IMG/VR virus record: IMGVR_UViG_3300005466_000024
Location: 1 to 64,000 of that record
Length of the DNA stretch: 64,000 nucleotides
Strand: one strand, 5' to 3'
Source: a virus
Part shown: positions 52,829 through 62,068 of the stretch, piece after piece
How positions within the stretch are numbered: the first letter of the stretch is position 1
Layout: every line of letters starts with the position of its first letter
Made by a program: the position numbers and the translations under genes
Notes under the pieces: generated by a model
Seen by the model: the letters and a program-made list of their open reading frames with translations, nothing else
The model's database searches: none
Told to the model about the DNA's origin: nothing

Positions 52829-55800
52829 TCAGAACATCGCGAAGAACTGTCCGGACAGCGCGAGTACCCTTTCGTCGGCCAGGGCCGACAGGGTACCGGT
52901 ACCCGACAGTGTGCCCGCGCTGGCGGCGCCGAGGCTGGCGACGGCCACCAGGGTGCCCGTGCCGCCGATGACGGTGACACAGACGTACCTGGGGATGGGG
53001 ATGGCGGTCAGGGTGCCCGCGCCGAGGACGGTTGCCGCGGTGGTGGTGATCGCCGCTACGGTGGCGCTGAGCCCGCCGGTGCCGGACAGGTCGGCCGATT
53101 GGGCAACGGAGGCGGCCGTCGAGGCCGTCAGTGTGCCGTGGCCCTGCCATTGGCCCGTTTGCAGGATTCTGGCGACCGTGTTCGCCGTCAGTTGACCGGT
53201 TCCGTCCAGCGCAGCGGTTTCCGGGAATTTCGCGCTCGCGGACGCAGTCAGGGTGCCCGTGCCGGTGGTGGCTGCTGTGGTGTGGATGGAGAACATCCGG
53301 GCGGTGCCCGTCAGGGCACCGTGTCCGGTGAATTGGCCGGTGGTTCCCGAGGAACCCAGGGTGGCTGCTGTCAGGGCACCGTTGCCGCGCAGCACGGCCG
53401 ACCTGGTGAACTGGGCCGACCCGGTGGCGGTGAGCCTGCCGGTGCCGGACAGCGATGCGGGCGCAGTGATGCTGTAGAGCGTGGCGGTGGCGGTCAGTGC
53501 GCCCCGGCCGCTCAGGGTCGCTGGGCGCAGGTACCGTTCGTTCCCGGTGGCCGTCAGTTTTCCGGTGCCGGAGAGCGTCGCGGCAACCCGGATCTGGAAC
53601 ATCGTGGCCGTGGCGGTCAGTGTGCCGCGGCCCCCGAGTGCTGCGGTCCTGGCGAGCCGGGCGAACGCGGTGGCCGTCAGCTCCCCGTCGCCGCCGAATG
53701 CTGCGGTGGCCTGGATCTGGAACATTTGTGCGGTCGCGGTCAACGCGCCGTGGCCTGCGGGGGTGCACACCCGGTTGAATCCCGACTGGACCAGGTTCGT
53801 GAACGTGCCGCGACCGCTCAGTGGGGCAGCGAGGGTGAATTTGGTGGCGGCGGCCGTTACCGTCAGGGTGCCGTGTCCGGTGACGGCTGCGGTGACGGCG
53901 AACTTGCTCGAGGTCGTCGCCGTGAGTGTTCCGGTGCCCTGCAACGTGACAGTTGCGCGGATCTGGTACATCCGTGCGGTCGCGGTCAGCTGGCCGGTGC
54001 CGGGCAGTCCTGCCGTCCGGGAGTATTTCGGGTAGGCCGCTGCGGTTAGGGCACCGTTGCCGCGCAGCGGTGCGGTGATCGTGAATCGGGTGGCTGCTGC
54101 CGCCGCCGTTAGGGCACCGTTGCCGTTCGGTGCGAAGGTTCGCGTGAAGCTGGCATGGGCCGTCGCGGTCAGTCGTCCGGTTCCCGGGAGCACCGCCGCC
54201 GACTGGATCCGATACATGACGGCGGTCGCCGTGAACTGTCCGGTGCCCTTGATCCCCGCTGCGGCGGGGATCTTGGCGTAGACCGTTGCCGTGAGTCTGC
54301 CGATGCCGGTCAGGGGTGCTGTGACCAGGAATTTGGCGGTACCGGTCGCGGTCAACGTCCCGCGTCCGGCCAGCGCCGCCGCCAGCGTGAACTGTTTGGC
54401 CACCGCTGTCGCGGTCAGCCGGCCCGTGCCGGCGAACATGGCGGCGACCGCGAATCGGGCGGTGGCCGTGGCGGTCAGCGTGCCGCGGCCGGTCAGTGGT
54501 GCGTTCAGTGTGAACTTGGTGGCGGCGGCGGTGACCGTCAACCGGCCCGTACCGGCCAGCGTGGCAGTCGCAGCGAACTTGGCGGTAGCGGTCGCGGTGA
54601 GCCGCCCGGTGCCCTTCAACGGCGCGGTAAGGGTGAACTTGGTGGCGGTGGCGGCGGCAGCGAGTCGCCCGATACCGGTGGTGGGTGCGGTGCTGGCGAA
54701 CTTCGCGAACGCCGTGGAGGTGAGTCGCCCCGTCCCCTTCAGTGGCGTGGTGAGGACGAACTGTGTGGCTGCTGCCGTAGCGGTCAGCGTGCCTCGACCG
54801 TTCAACGCGGCAGTACGGGCGAATTTCGGTGCGGTGGTTGCCGACAGGATCCCTGTTCCTCGCAGGTTGCCGGTGACCGCAAAGATCTGTTTGGTGGTGG
54901 CGCTCAGTACGCCGTGACCGGTCGGGTTGCCGGTCGCGAATTCGCGTTCGATGACGGTCGCGGTGAGTCTGCCGGTGCCTGCCAGGGATGCGGCGACCGC
55001 GAATCGGGCGGTAGCCGTGGCGGTGAGGATTCCGCGCCCGCCCAGTGCTGCCGTGAGTGTGAACCTGGTGGCCGCCGCGGTCGCGGTCAATCGGCCCGTA
55101 CCGGCCAGTGCGGCGGTCCTGGTGAACTTGGCGGTGGCCGTAGCGGTCAGTGCACCGGTACCCCTCAGTGGTGCGCTGAAAGTGAATTTGGTGGCCACCG
55201 CGGTCGCGGTGAGCCTGCCGGTGCCCTTCAGGGCAACGGTCGCAGCGAACTTGGCGGTACCGGTTGCGGTGAGCCGCCCGGTGCCGGACAGCGGCGCGGT
55301 AAGGGTGAACTTGGTGGCCGTGGCGGTGGCCGTCAACCGGCCCGTACCAGCCAGCGTGGCGGTCGCCGCGAACTTGGCCAGTGTGGTGGCAGTCAAGCCG
55401 CCGGTGCCGGTGAAGCTCGCGGTGCGTGATGCGGGCCCCCCGGCCGACGCCGTCGCGGTGAGCTGGCCGTGGCCGACCATGTCGCCCGCGAACATCCACT
55501 GCATGAGCGTGTATGCGGCGCCGCCCGTGCCGCCCGCAGTGGTGGCAGAGGTATTGCCGCCACCACCGCCTGCGCCAGCTCCTTGGGCGCCGCCATTGCC
55601 ACCTGTGCCTCCTGTGCCGCCGTTGCGGCCGCCACCACCGCCACCGCCGCCACCGGGATTGCCGGAGCTGGCCGTGGTACCGGCACCACCATTGGTTCCG
55701 CTGGTGGTACCGCCGGTGCCACCGCCCGCCACGGAGGACGCGCCACCGTTCGCGCCGGCGCCCGCGGTACCGAGCTGCTGTCCACCACCGCCGCCACCAC

Positions 55801-56287
55801 CGGCGGCTTGCTGCCCGGTGGCGGCGGACGGCACGGTCGGCAAACTACTGCTGCCGCCGAAACCGGCGGTACCGGAGACCCCGGTTGTCGTGGTGGCGCC
55901 ACTGATGCCACTGGCCGTCGCCGTGCCCCCAGTGCCCGCCGTACCGGCCACATTGGAGGCGCCGTTGCCGCCCTTGTTGCCGCCGTTGGCGGTGATGGTC
56001 ACCGACCCGCTGGTGAATCGCGACAACGCGCCGTTGGTTTGCGACGCGCCGCCGCTGCCCACCGTCACCGAGTACGTGGACCCGAGCGTCGACACCGACT
56101 GCCAGCCGGTGTCGACGTATCCGGCGCCGCCGCCACCGCCACCACCGCAGCAGTTGCCGACACCGAGGTTGATGCCCGTACCGCCACCCCCGCCGCCGCC
56201 GTACGCGGTGAATCGCCATTGCAGGGCCCCCGTAGGAACCGCGACGTTGCTGCGAGTGACGTTGACTTCGCTGGTGGTGACCGTCAT
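52829..56287 (-). CDS. Long repeat fibre protein (1152 aa): Gly-rich head plus about 45 alternating 19/20-aa repeats
   Basis: Consensus (A/T)KFxxTAxLxGxGxLTATA; Thr/Ala-rich; within the virion operon. Confidence 0.8.
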   Translation of the reverse strand: MTVTTSEVNVTRSNVAVPTGALQWRFTAYGGGGGGGTGINLGVGNCCGGGGGGGAGYVDTGWQSVSTLGSTYSVTVGSGGASQTNGALSRFTSGSVTITANGGNKGGNGASNVAGTAGTGGTATASGISGATTTTGVSGTAGFGGSSSLPTVPSAATGQQAAGGGGGGGQQLGTAGAGANGGASSVAGGGTGGTTSGTNGGAGTTASSGNPGGGGGGGGGRNGGTGGTGGNGGAQGAGAGGGGGNTSATTAGGTGGAAYTLMQWMFAGDMVGHGQLTATASAGGPASRTASFTGTGGLTATTLAKFAATATLAGTGRLTATATATKFTLTAPLSGTGRLTATGTAKFAATVALKGTGRLTATAVATKFTFSAPLRGTGALTATATAKFTRTAALAGTGRLTATAAATRFTLTAALGGRGILTATATARFAVAASLAGTGRLTATVIEREFATGNPTGHGVLSATTKQIFAVTGNLRGTGILSATTAPKFARTAALNGRGTLTATAAATQFVLTTPLKGTGRLTSTAFAKFASTAPTTGIGRLAAAATATKFTLTAPLKGTGRLTATATAKFAATATLAGTGRLTVTAAATKFTLNAPLTGRGTLTATATARFAVAAMFAGTGRLTATAVAKQFTLAAALAGRGTLTATGTAKFLVTAPLTGIGRLTATVYAKIPAAAGIKGTGQFTATAVMYRIQSAAVLPGTGRLTATAHASFTRTFAPNGNGALTAAAAATRFTITAPLRGNGALTAAAYPKYSRTAGLPGTGQLTATARMYQIRATVTLQGTGTLTATTSSKFAVTAAVTGHGTLTVTAAATKFTLAAPLSGRGTFTNLVQSGFNRVCTPAGHGALTATAQMFQIQATAAFGGDGELTATAFARLARTAALGGRGTLTATATMFQIRVAATLSGTGKLTATGNERYLRPATLSGRGALTATATLYSITAPASLSGTGRLTATGSAQFTRSAVLRGNGALTAATLGSSGTTGQFTGHGALTGTARMFSIHTTAATTGTGTLTASASAKFPETAALDGTGQLTANTVARILQTGQWQGHGTLTASTAASVAQSADLSGTGGLSATVAAITTTAATVLGAGTLTAIPIPRYVCVTVIGGTGTLVAVASLGAASAGTLSGTGTLSALADERVLALSGQFFAMF

Positions 56288-56294
56288 CTACGGG

Positions 56295-56768
56295 TCACCC
56301 CACTGACGGGCGGATCGCCCCCACGGGGTCCACGGCCAGGCAGAAGAACACCGACTCGGCCGCATCGAACACCAGCCCGACGTGGTGGATCCTGCCGGGG
56401 CGGGTGACCCCCAGCAGTTGGGCCACCCCGGAGTCGCGGAACCACACGGGATCCCAGGTGATCTGCTGGGGGCTGCCGTTGTCGCTGATGCGCATCATCA
56501 ACCGGTGGTGGTCGGGGGGACTGCCGGTGGCCGACACGTACATGGCGGTGTCCTGGTTGGTGACGTTGAATGCGTCGTAGGCGCCGGCGTCGATGGTCAG
56601 GGTCGGTGTGCTGCGTTCTTCCCCCACCCGGGAGGTGGGGGCGAACAGCTCGAGGAGGGCCTCGATCCAGCCTCGAGTGGCGGCGTCGTCGTCGTGGGTG
56701 GGGTCGGCGACGTGCTGGGCGCGCCCACCCACCAGATCCACGCCCCCGTAGATCTTCTTCGCCGCCAT
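56295..56768 (-). CDS. Virion structural protein (157 aa)
   Basis: Strong RBS; DPTHDDDAATRGW resembles the DA(A/V)NKxYVD fibre motif; beta-rich C-terminus. Confidence 0.6.
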   Translation of the reverse strand: MAAKKIYGGVDLVGGRAQHVADPTHDDDAATRGWIEALLELFAPTSRVGEERSTPTLTIDAGAYDAFNVTNQDTAMYVSATGSPPDHHRLMMRISDNGSPQQITWDPVWFRDSGVAQLLGVTRPGRIHHVGLVFDAAESVFFCLAVDPVGAIRPSVG

Positions 56769-56793
56769 CGTGTCCTCCCTCGATGGGAGGCAC

Positions 56794-57633
56794 CTAGACC
56801 AGTTCGGCCCTTCCTGCCACCGGCTGCCCGAATGTGACCACCACCGTGTCGGGGGCCGGGTAGGACACCGGTGCCTCCACCCCTTCTCCGTTCACGATCA
56901 GGGCCACCGACGGGTAGTGGTCGAGGGGGTGCACGATGATCCACGGGTCGGCGGGGGTGGGCTGCTCGAAGGTGTAGCTGTCCGGCTCGGTGGCCCCCGC
57001 CGGTACCAGTACCACCCGCTGATCGGGCGGCACGACGACGACTGGGCCGGTGATGTTCACGGGTGTGCTGAAGTCCACCCCGAGCACCGGGTACGAGCAG
57101 ATCGGCAGGGTGGGGGCCAGTTTGCTGATGATGGCGCGCTGACCGATGACGTCCCAGCGTTCCTGCCCGAACCGGGTGCCGGTGCGCAGGCTGTCGCGGG
57201 TGACGGCCTGCACCCCGTAGAACCCCTCGAGTTCGGTGGCCCGCCCATTGGCGTCCCACTGCCGTACCCGGATGATGAAGTCGTGTTCGACGAGCAGCGG
57301 GTACCACTCGAACTGCGCTTCGCGGGAATCGGCCGCCCATATGCCCTGTTTGAGGAACTGCTCGGAGACGATGTGGTCGGCGAACAGGCCGTGGACCCGG
57401 CGCACATCCTTGATCGGCGGGTACATGGTGGTGCCGTAGCAGACCGAACATTCCCCGTCGGTGCTGGAGTACACGTCATCGTTACAGGCCGGGCAGCGCG
57501 GCGTGTCCTTGTCGATCTCGGGACGGGCCATGGACAGCAGTACGCACTGCTCGCCGGCCATCACCAGGGAGTCACGCACGTCCTGGCGGGTCGTCCGAAT
57601 ACAATAATCCTCAACCGATTTGATGGCGGTCAT
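56794..57633 (-). CDS. Head closure/neck protein with CxxC...CxxC insert (279 aa)
   Basis: Start ATG 57633 (TGATG overlap); CPAC...CSVCYGT; C-term WIIVHPLDHYPSV domain. Confidence 0.6.
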   Translation of the reverse strand: MTAIKSVEDYCIRTTRQDVRDSLVMAGEQCVLLSMARPEIDKDTPRCPACNDDVYSSTDGECSVCYGTTMYPPIKDVRRVHGLFADHIVSEQFLKQGIWAADSREAQFEWYPLLVEHDFIIRVRQWDANGRATELEGFYGVQAVTRDSLRTGTRFGQERWDVIGQRAIISKLAPTLPICSYPVLGVDFSTPVNITGPVVVVPPDQRVVLVPAGATEPDSYTFEQPTPADPWIIVHPLDHYPSVALIVNGEGVEAPVSYPAPDTVVVTFGQPVAGRAELV

Positions 57634-58628
57634 CAGCCCTCCCCCGCCGAGCGGATCTTCTCCACGATGCGGGCTTTGTCGGTCACCCAACCCTCCCGGG
57701 CGTCGCCGTTCCAGGGCCACGGCCCGCGGTGGGGCTCGACCCGGTACAGGAAAGCCTGTCCGTGATCCCTCACGAGGTACTTCATCCAGTCGTCCGAATG
57801 CGTGAGGTCATGCTCGACCCACGTCCAGTGAGCCCGGTTGTCCAATCCGCCGTGGTACGGCGCATCGAGCCATGGCGCCTTGCCCTTGCGGGCGTCCAGT
57901 ACGGTACCGACCGGCAGGTCGTGGAAAGTAGCGTGATACCAGTCCACACCGACCGGGGTCGGGTCCGGGGGGTGGTCGCGGTAGCGTTGCTGCCAGCCAC
58001 GCTCGTCGTAGGCGTCCTGCGGGCCCAGGAAGTGGCCCTCGGACCCCTCGGGGTCGGTGCGATCGTCGAGGAGGAAGCCGGGTTCGCGCCACACGTCGGG
58101 GTCGCGGGGTGCGGCTACTCGGTGCGCGTGCCACGCGGCGACCCTCTCCCCGGCGATCGGAATTTCCAGCCAATCGTCGGGATGCTGCCGACGTATCCGA
58201 ATCGACTGGGGATTGACCCCATCCTTGCCCCTGAATCGGTAGTACTGACCCATCCATGGCTCGGCAGCGCTCGTATCACCGTCACCGGAAACAATCACCT
58301 GGTAGTGGGCCTTGGGATCCACGTTATTAGGGCCGACACCATAGGTGAGCTTATGGGTCGAGAACCTCTCGGCAGATTTGGGATCGGGAGTCCACCACTC
58401 CCCTAATCCCTTAGTTCCCAAATGGTTGAGTAGGTTCGGAGCCAAGGACAGATCCGACTTCCCGCCAAGAGCCGACTCCAATTGAGCAACGAGGTTGGGG
58501 GGCATATCTTCTCGCCGCAAAGCAATACCGCGATGCAAACGAGTAGGTGGACCACCATCCGGAACGAGTTGAGACATCCCCTGATGCCACACCGCCACCC
58601 TCTCGCGGGCCGTGAGGATGCGTCTCAT
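57633..58628 (-). CDS. Two-domain ART-fold protein with MRRILTARERVAVWH leader and internal GERVAAWH repeat (331 aa)
   Basis: Domain 1: LHRG...GEWWTPDPKSAERF. Domain 2: WYHAT-LPVGTVL...FLYRVEP...VTDKARIV, resembling the Arr rifampin ART. Start ATG 58628 overlaps upstream stop. Confidence 0.55.
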   Translation of the reverse strand: MRRILTARERVAVWHQGMSQLVPDGGPPTRLHRGIALRREDMPPNLVAQLESALGGKSDLSLAPNLLNHLGTKGLGEWWTPDPKSAERFSTHKLTYGVGPNNVDPKAHYQVIVSGDGDTSAAEPWMGQYYRFRGKDGVNPQSIRIRRQHPDDWLEIPIAGERVAAWHAHRVAAPRDPDVWREPGFLLDDRTDPEGSEGHFLGPQDAYDERGWQQRYRDHPPDPTPVGVDWYHATFHDLPVGTVLDARKGKAPWLDAPYHGGLDNRAHWTWVEHDLTHSDDWMKYLVRDHGQAFLYRVEPHRGPWPWNGDAREGWVTDKARIVEKIRSAGEG

Positions 58629-59605
58629 CGGGGCCACTGCGATCCCCAGCTGATGGCCGGTGCCGCCGGGTAGAACCGCCACGCGCGGACAGCCGATGCG
58701 TAAGTTCCGCTGACGAACAGACCACGGGCGCCGCCGCCGTAGATGCCGCCGGCCACCAGCAGTGAGCCGCGTCCCATGCCGAGCAGTTTGCGCTTGGCCA
58801 TCTTGACCATCTTGACCCACTCCGGATATTCCTGGGCCAGGATTTGCGCCCACCGCTGCGAGTAGGCGGTGCGGTCGGTGTAGGTGACGTTCATGTTGGG
58901 GCGGGCCGGGATTTCGACGTAGGAGTCGCGCAGATGCCGGATCACCTCCAGGTAGGTGCCGACCACCTCGAGGCCCGCGAAGCTCGACGGTGGCGGGTTG
59001 GTGAGGTTCCAGTCCATGACGGGGAAGCCGGTGACGCTCATCCGGGTGGTGGCGATGCCCATCAGTTGGCTGATGCGTTCGCTGTCGAAGTGGGTTTGGA
59101 ACTCGTCCATCAGGTGGGGGCCACCCTCGGCGCTGTCGTAGAGATCGCCGAACATCCAGTTGACCTGCTCGACGACGAGCTTGTGCGCGTCGTCGAGGGT
59201 GTCGTAGATCGGCATCTGGTTGAGCACCTGCAGGTGGTCCAGGAAGGTCAGCAGCGTGCCGTTGACCTGGTAGGTCCATTGGGCGGTGAGCACGCCGCGC
59301 TGTCCGGTGAACTGGGGGCCGATCGGCATGTCGTACATGCCGGTGTCGACCCGGTTGATGCCGTCGGTGGTGTCGAGTACCAGGGTGCCCAGTGGGTCGT
59401 TGGTGGGTTGTACCTCCAGGGTGGGGTCCAGGTAGTACAGCTGGACGCGCAGGGTGCCGGGGTCGGCGTCCACCGCGGTGCCGTCGGGTTTGCGGATGTT
59501 CAGGGCGATGTATCCGTACCCGTTTTGGGATACGAATTTCCGCACCACGGATTGATCTTTGATCTTGGGAGAAAACACACCGATCCCAGACGGCTCAATT
59601 GCCAT
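58625..59605 (-). CDS. Neck/head-tail adaptor protein (326 aa)
   Basis: Ig-like N-terminus plus helical adaptor-like C-terminus (YSQRWAQIL...KRKLL); position upstream of head closure. Confidence 0.6.
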   Translation of the reverse strand: MAIEPSGIGVFSPKIKDQSVVRKFVSQNGYGYIALNIRKPDGTAVDADPGTLRVQLYYLDPTLEVQPTNDPLGTLVLDTTDGINRVDTGMYDMPIGPQFTGQRGVLTAQWTYQVNGTLLTFLDHLQVLNQMPIYDTLDDAHKLVVEQVNWMFGDLYDSAEGGPHLMDEFQTHFDSERISQLMGIATTRMSVTGFPVMDWNLTNPPPSSFAGLEVVGTYLEVIRHLRDSYVEIPARPNMNVTYTDRTAYSQRWAQILAQEYPEWVKMVKMAKRKLLGMGRGSLLVAGGIYGGGARGLFVSGTYASAVRAWRFYPAAPAISWGSQWPR

Positions 59606-59626
59606 GTCGAATCACCGGCCTACTTG

Positions 59627-60601
59627 TCACGGGCACAGGAACACCAATTCCAGGTGGTTGATCTGCTTCTCGGCAGAACTGGTGTCGTACCACAGCCAGG
59701 ACGGGTTGGAGCCGTTGTGCTTGGTGGTCAGCCGCAGGACGTCGTTGGCCTGGAAGCGGTACCAGAAGTTGATGTTGTTGCTCTGGGCGAAACCGGGGGT
59801 GTAGGAGAAGCCGCGCACGAATTCCCAGTCGTTGCGGGCCACGTCGGTGCCGTTGACGGTGATCCCGATCATCGAGTGGTCGTGGAAGGTGCGGGCGGGA
59901 TCCCAGTGGATGCGGGCCTGCAGGTGGTAGAGCCCCGGTTCGTCGATGACGATGTCGGTGTTGTTGACGGTGAAGTCCACCCGCGGGAAGAACAGTCTTT
60001 CCAGCAGGTTGGTGAACCAGCAGGTGTATCGGGTGTTGACCGGAACCTGCTGCACGGCCCGCGACTCTGCCCGCAGAATCGGCACGCTGGTGAGCGGTAC
60101 CAGCTGCCAGAACAGTCCGGTGGCCCCGGGCGGGTCCATCCACATCCTGGTGGCCAGGGTGTCGGTTTCGAAGATCAGCATGCCGGGGAACGGGCTGGCG
60201 GGACGGGTGGTGGATGTGCAGATGATGTAGGGGCGGTGCAGGATGTCGGGGCGGGTGGCGTTCCAGTCCAGTTGCAGATCCCCGGGCGCGGCCTGGTTGG
60301 AGTTGCGCCCAAGGGTGTGGTGCAGCGCGCCTTGCCCGGTGTCGGTGTCGGGGGATTGGTGGGTGTTGGCCTGCGCCAGTTTGGCGGTGGGCCACAGCCC
60401 CAGCCCGGAGGGGTCGGTGCCGGAGTGGTCGTGGGCCAGCGGGGCGGTGTGGGTCTCCAGTGCCATGACCGCCGCGCCGATGTCCTCGTGGCTTTCGTCG
60501 TGGTTGCGGTCGGAGTCGCCGGCCTCCGACAGTGAGGTGAACTCCGGCGCGCTCGGGGTGCTGAAGGTGTCGATCCCCGAACCGGGATACACGATGCCCA
60601 T
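59627..60601 (-). CDS. Virion structural protein (324 aa)
   Basis: AHDHSG, GALHHTLG...QAAPGD, TRPASPFPGMLIFETDT motifs typical of actinophage fibre/collar proteins; C1q/TNF-like C-terminal beta domain. Confidence 0.65.
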   Translation of the reverse strand: MGIVYPGSGIDTFSTPSAPEFTSLSEAGDSDRNHDESHEDIGAAVMALETHTAPLAHDHSGTDPSGLGLWPTAKLAQANTHQSPDTDTGQGALHHTLGRNSNQAAPGDLQLDWNATRPDILHRPYIICTSTTRPASPFPGMLIFETDTLATRMWMDPPGATGLFWQLVPLTSVPILRAESRAVQQVPVNTRYTCWFTNLLERLFFPRVDFTVNNTDIVIDEPGLYHLQARIHWDPARTFHDHSMIGITVNGTDVARNDWEFVRGFSYTPGFAQSNNINFWYRFQANDVLRLTTKHNGSNPSWLWYDTSSAEKQINHLELVFLCP

Positions 60602-60664
60602 GGGTCCGCCTTGCTGTCGCCGGGGGACCCGCGGCGGGCCGCGGGTCCCTCTCCGATTCCTCCC

Positions 60665-61390
60665 TTACGGGGTCGGCAGCACGCCGCCCCATGCGGTACC
60701 GGGCGTCTTGGGGCCGACTGCCGTCGAGTCGTAGAAGTCCTTCACCGGGTCGAAGTTCTTGGTGGTGGGGCACACCAGGGCTCCGACGGTGCCCTTGGTG
60801 GAGGCGCCGGTGTTGACGGCTACCTGCGGGCTCAGTGCCCCCAGCGCCGGGTTCCCGCTCGTGGTCACCGCGACGTCGATGGAGGGGTCGGTGCCGCCGG
60901 TCAGGCCGGTGGAGCCGACGAACGTGTTGGGCAGCCAGTCGGCGGCGATGGGGATGGTGATGACGCTGTTGGCCAGCGAGCCGGCGAAGGTCACGATCCA
61001 GGGGCCGCCGTTGGGGCCGCTGACCGTGACACCGCTGGAGCCGATGGCGGGCAGCGCGCGCAGCGCGCTCTGCATCGATGCGTTGCTGGCGTTGTAGGAC
61101 AGCGGGGTGGTGGCAGCGTCACCGAACACCAGGTAGAACTGACCGCCGGTGGGCGAACCCTTGACGGTGATGGTTTCGACCTCGCTCTGGGCGGCCACGT
61201 TGGTCCAGCCGACGGCATGGGCGTCGGCGGTGACGGCGTTCTCGGCGCTGATGCCGGTGGCCGGCGGGGTGGCCAGCACGTCGAGCACGGTGTTGTTCTC
61301 GTTGCCGCTGATGTTGGCTCCGAAGCCTGGCGGCGCACCCGCACTGTAATGCCGCGTCTGGAAGCTGCCGGAGAAGATAGGGCTGGTCAT
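60665..61390 (-). CDS. Putative capsid decoration protein (241 aa)
   Basis: Contains the EVETITV...GGQF-L...ALRALPAIG...GGPWIVTF domain also present twice in the 1626-aa tail protein. Confidence 0.6.
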   Translation of the reverse strand: MTSPIFSGSFQTRHYSAGAPPGFGANISGNENNTVLDVLATPPATGISAENAVTADAHAVGWTNVAAQSEVETITVKGSPTGGQFYLVFGDAATTPLSYNASNASMQSALRALPAIGSSGVTVSGPNGGPWIVTFAGSLANSVITIPIAADWLPNTFVGSTGLTGGTDPSIDVAVTTSGNPALGALSPQVAVNTGASTKGTVGALVCPTTKNFDPVKDFYDSTAVGPKTPGTAWGGVLPTP

Positions 61391-61421
61391 GTGGGTTTCC
61401 TCTCAGTGCTGGTCGGCGCGC

Positions 61422-61643
61422 TTACAGTCCCCACGGGGTGGGTCCGGATTGCCACCGCGACCCCGATCCGGTCTGGGCGCTGGGGGTCGGGGCGTAGTTG
61501 GGGGGCACCGCCATACCCTTCAGCGCGCTGCTGACGGTGGGGTCGAAGCCGGGGGTGCCCACCGGGAGGTTGTGCTGGCGGGTCTGGCCGAGGAGTTTCC
61601 ACCACGCGTTGTGCTGCGGGGTGACCGGCAGTGGTGCAGTCAT
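61422..61643 (-). CDS. Small putative capsid-accessory protein (73 aa)
   Basis: RBS AAGGAG; shares QTR...G-PGF with the 241-aa protein. Confidence 0.55.
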   Translation of the reverse strand: MTAPLPVTPQHNAWWKLLGQTRQHNLPVGTPGFDPTVSSALKGMAVPPNYAPTPSAQTGSGSRWQSGPTPWGL

Positions 61644-61658
61644 GATCGTTTCTCCTTG

Positions 61659-61823
61659 TCAGCTCGGTTTGATGGCCATGCAGTCGAGCACGGTGAATTT
61701 GCTGGGATCGAAGTACCTGGAGCCCGGTTCGATGTTGGGTTGCCGTATCAGGCAGCCGTTCTGGTACATCGTGACCATGTCGTCGGTCATCCAGTCCGTT
61801 CCCCACCGCAGCGCAGCGGCCAT
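61659..61823 (-). CDS. Small hypothetical protein (54 aa)
   Basis: Not in track; MAAALRWGTDWMTDDMVTMYQNGCLIRQPNIEPGSRYFDPSKFTVLDCMAIKPS; TGATG-coupled. Confidence 0.5.
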   Translation of the reverse strand: MAAALRWGTDWMTDDMVTMYQNGCLIRQPNIEPGSRYFDPSKFTVLDCMAIKPS

Positions 61824-62068
61824 CAGTCGACCCAGCCGTTGACGGGTTCGGGGTACACCCAGGTGCCCGCTGCTGCGGCGTTGCTGAACGCGTCGATGGC
61901 GTTCTCGGCGACGATGCCGCCCGCAGGCGGGTTGGCCAGGTAGTCCAGCGGCGTGGTGTGTCCGACGAACAGCCGGTCCGGAGGCCAGCCACCCATGAAT
62001 TGGCGCTTCTGCTGGGCTGCGGTGTACCAGACGGGGAGCGGGCCCGCGACGGGCGGGGTGTCGGCCAT
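61823..62068 (-). CDS. Small putative capsid-accessory protein (81 aa)
   Basis: Start ATG 62068 (TGATG); LDYLANPPAGGIVAENAI homologous to the 241-aa protein. Confidence 0.6.
   Translation of the reverse strand: MADTPPVAGPLPVWYTAAQQKRQFMGGWPPDRLFVGHTTPLDYLANPPAGGIVAENAIDAFSNAAAAGTWVYPEPVNGWVD

Noticed and set aside
52829-55500. Diversity-generating retroelement template/variable repeat pair
   Set aside because: No reverse transcriptase, and repeat differences are not adenine-specific; these are ordinary coding repeats.
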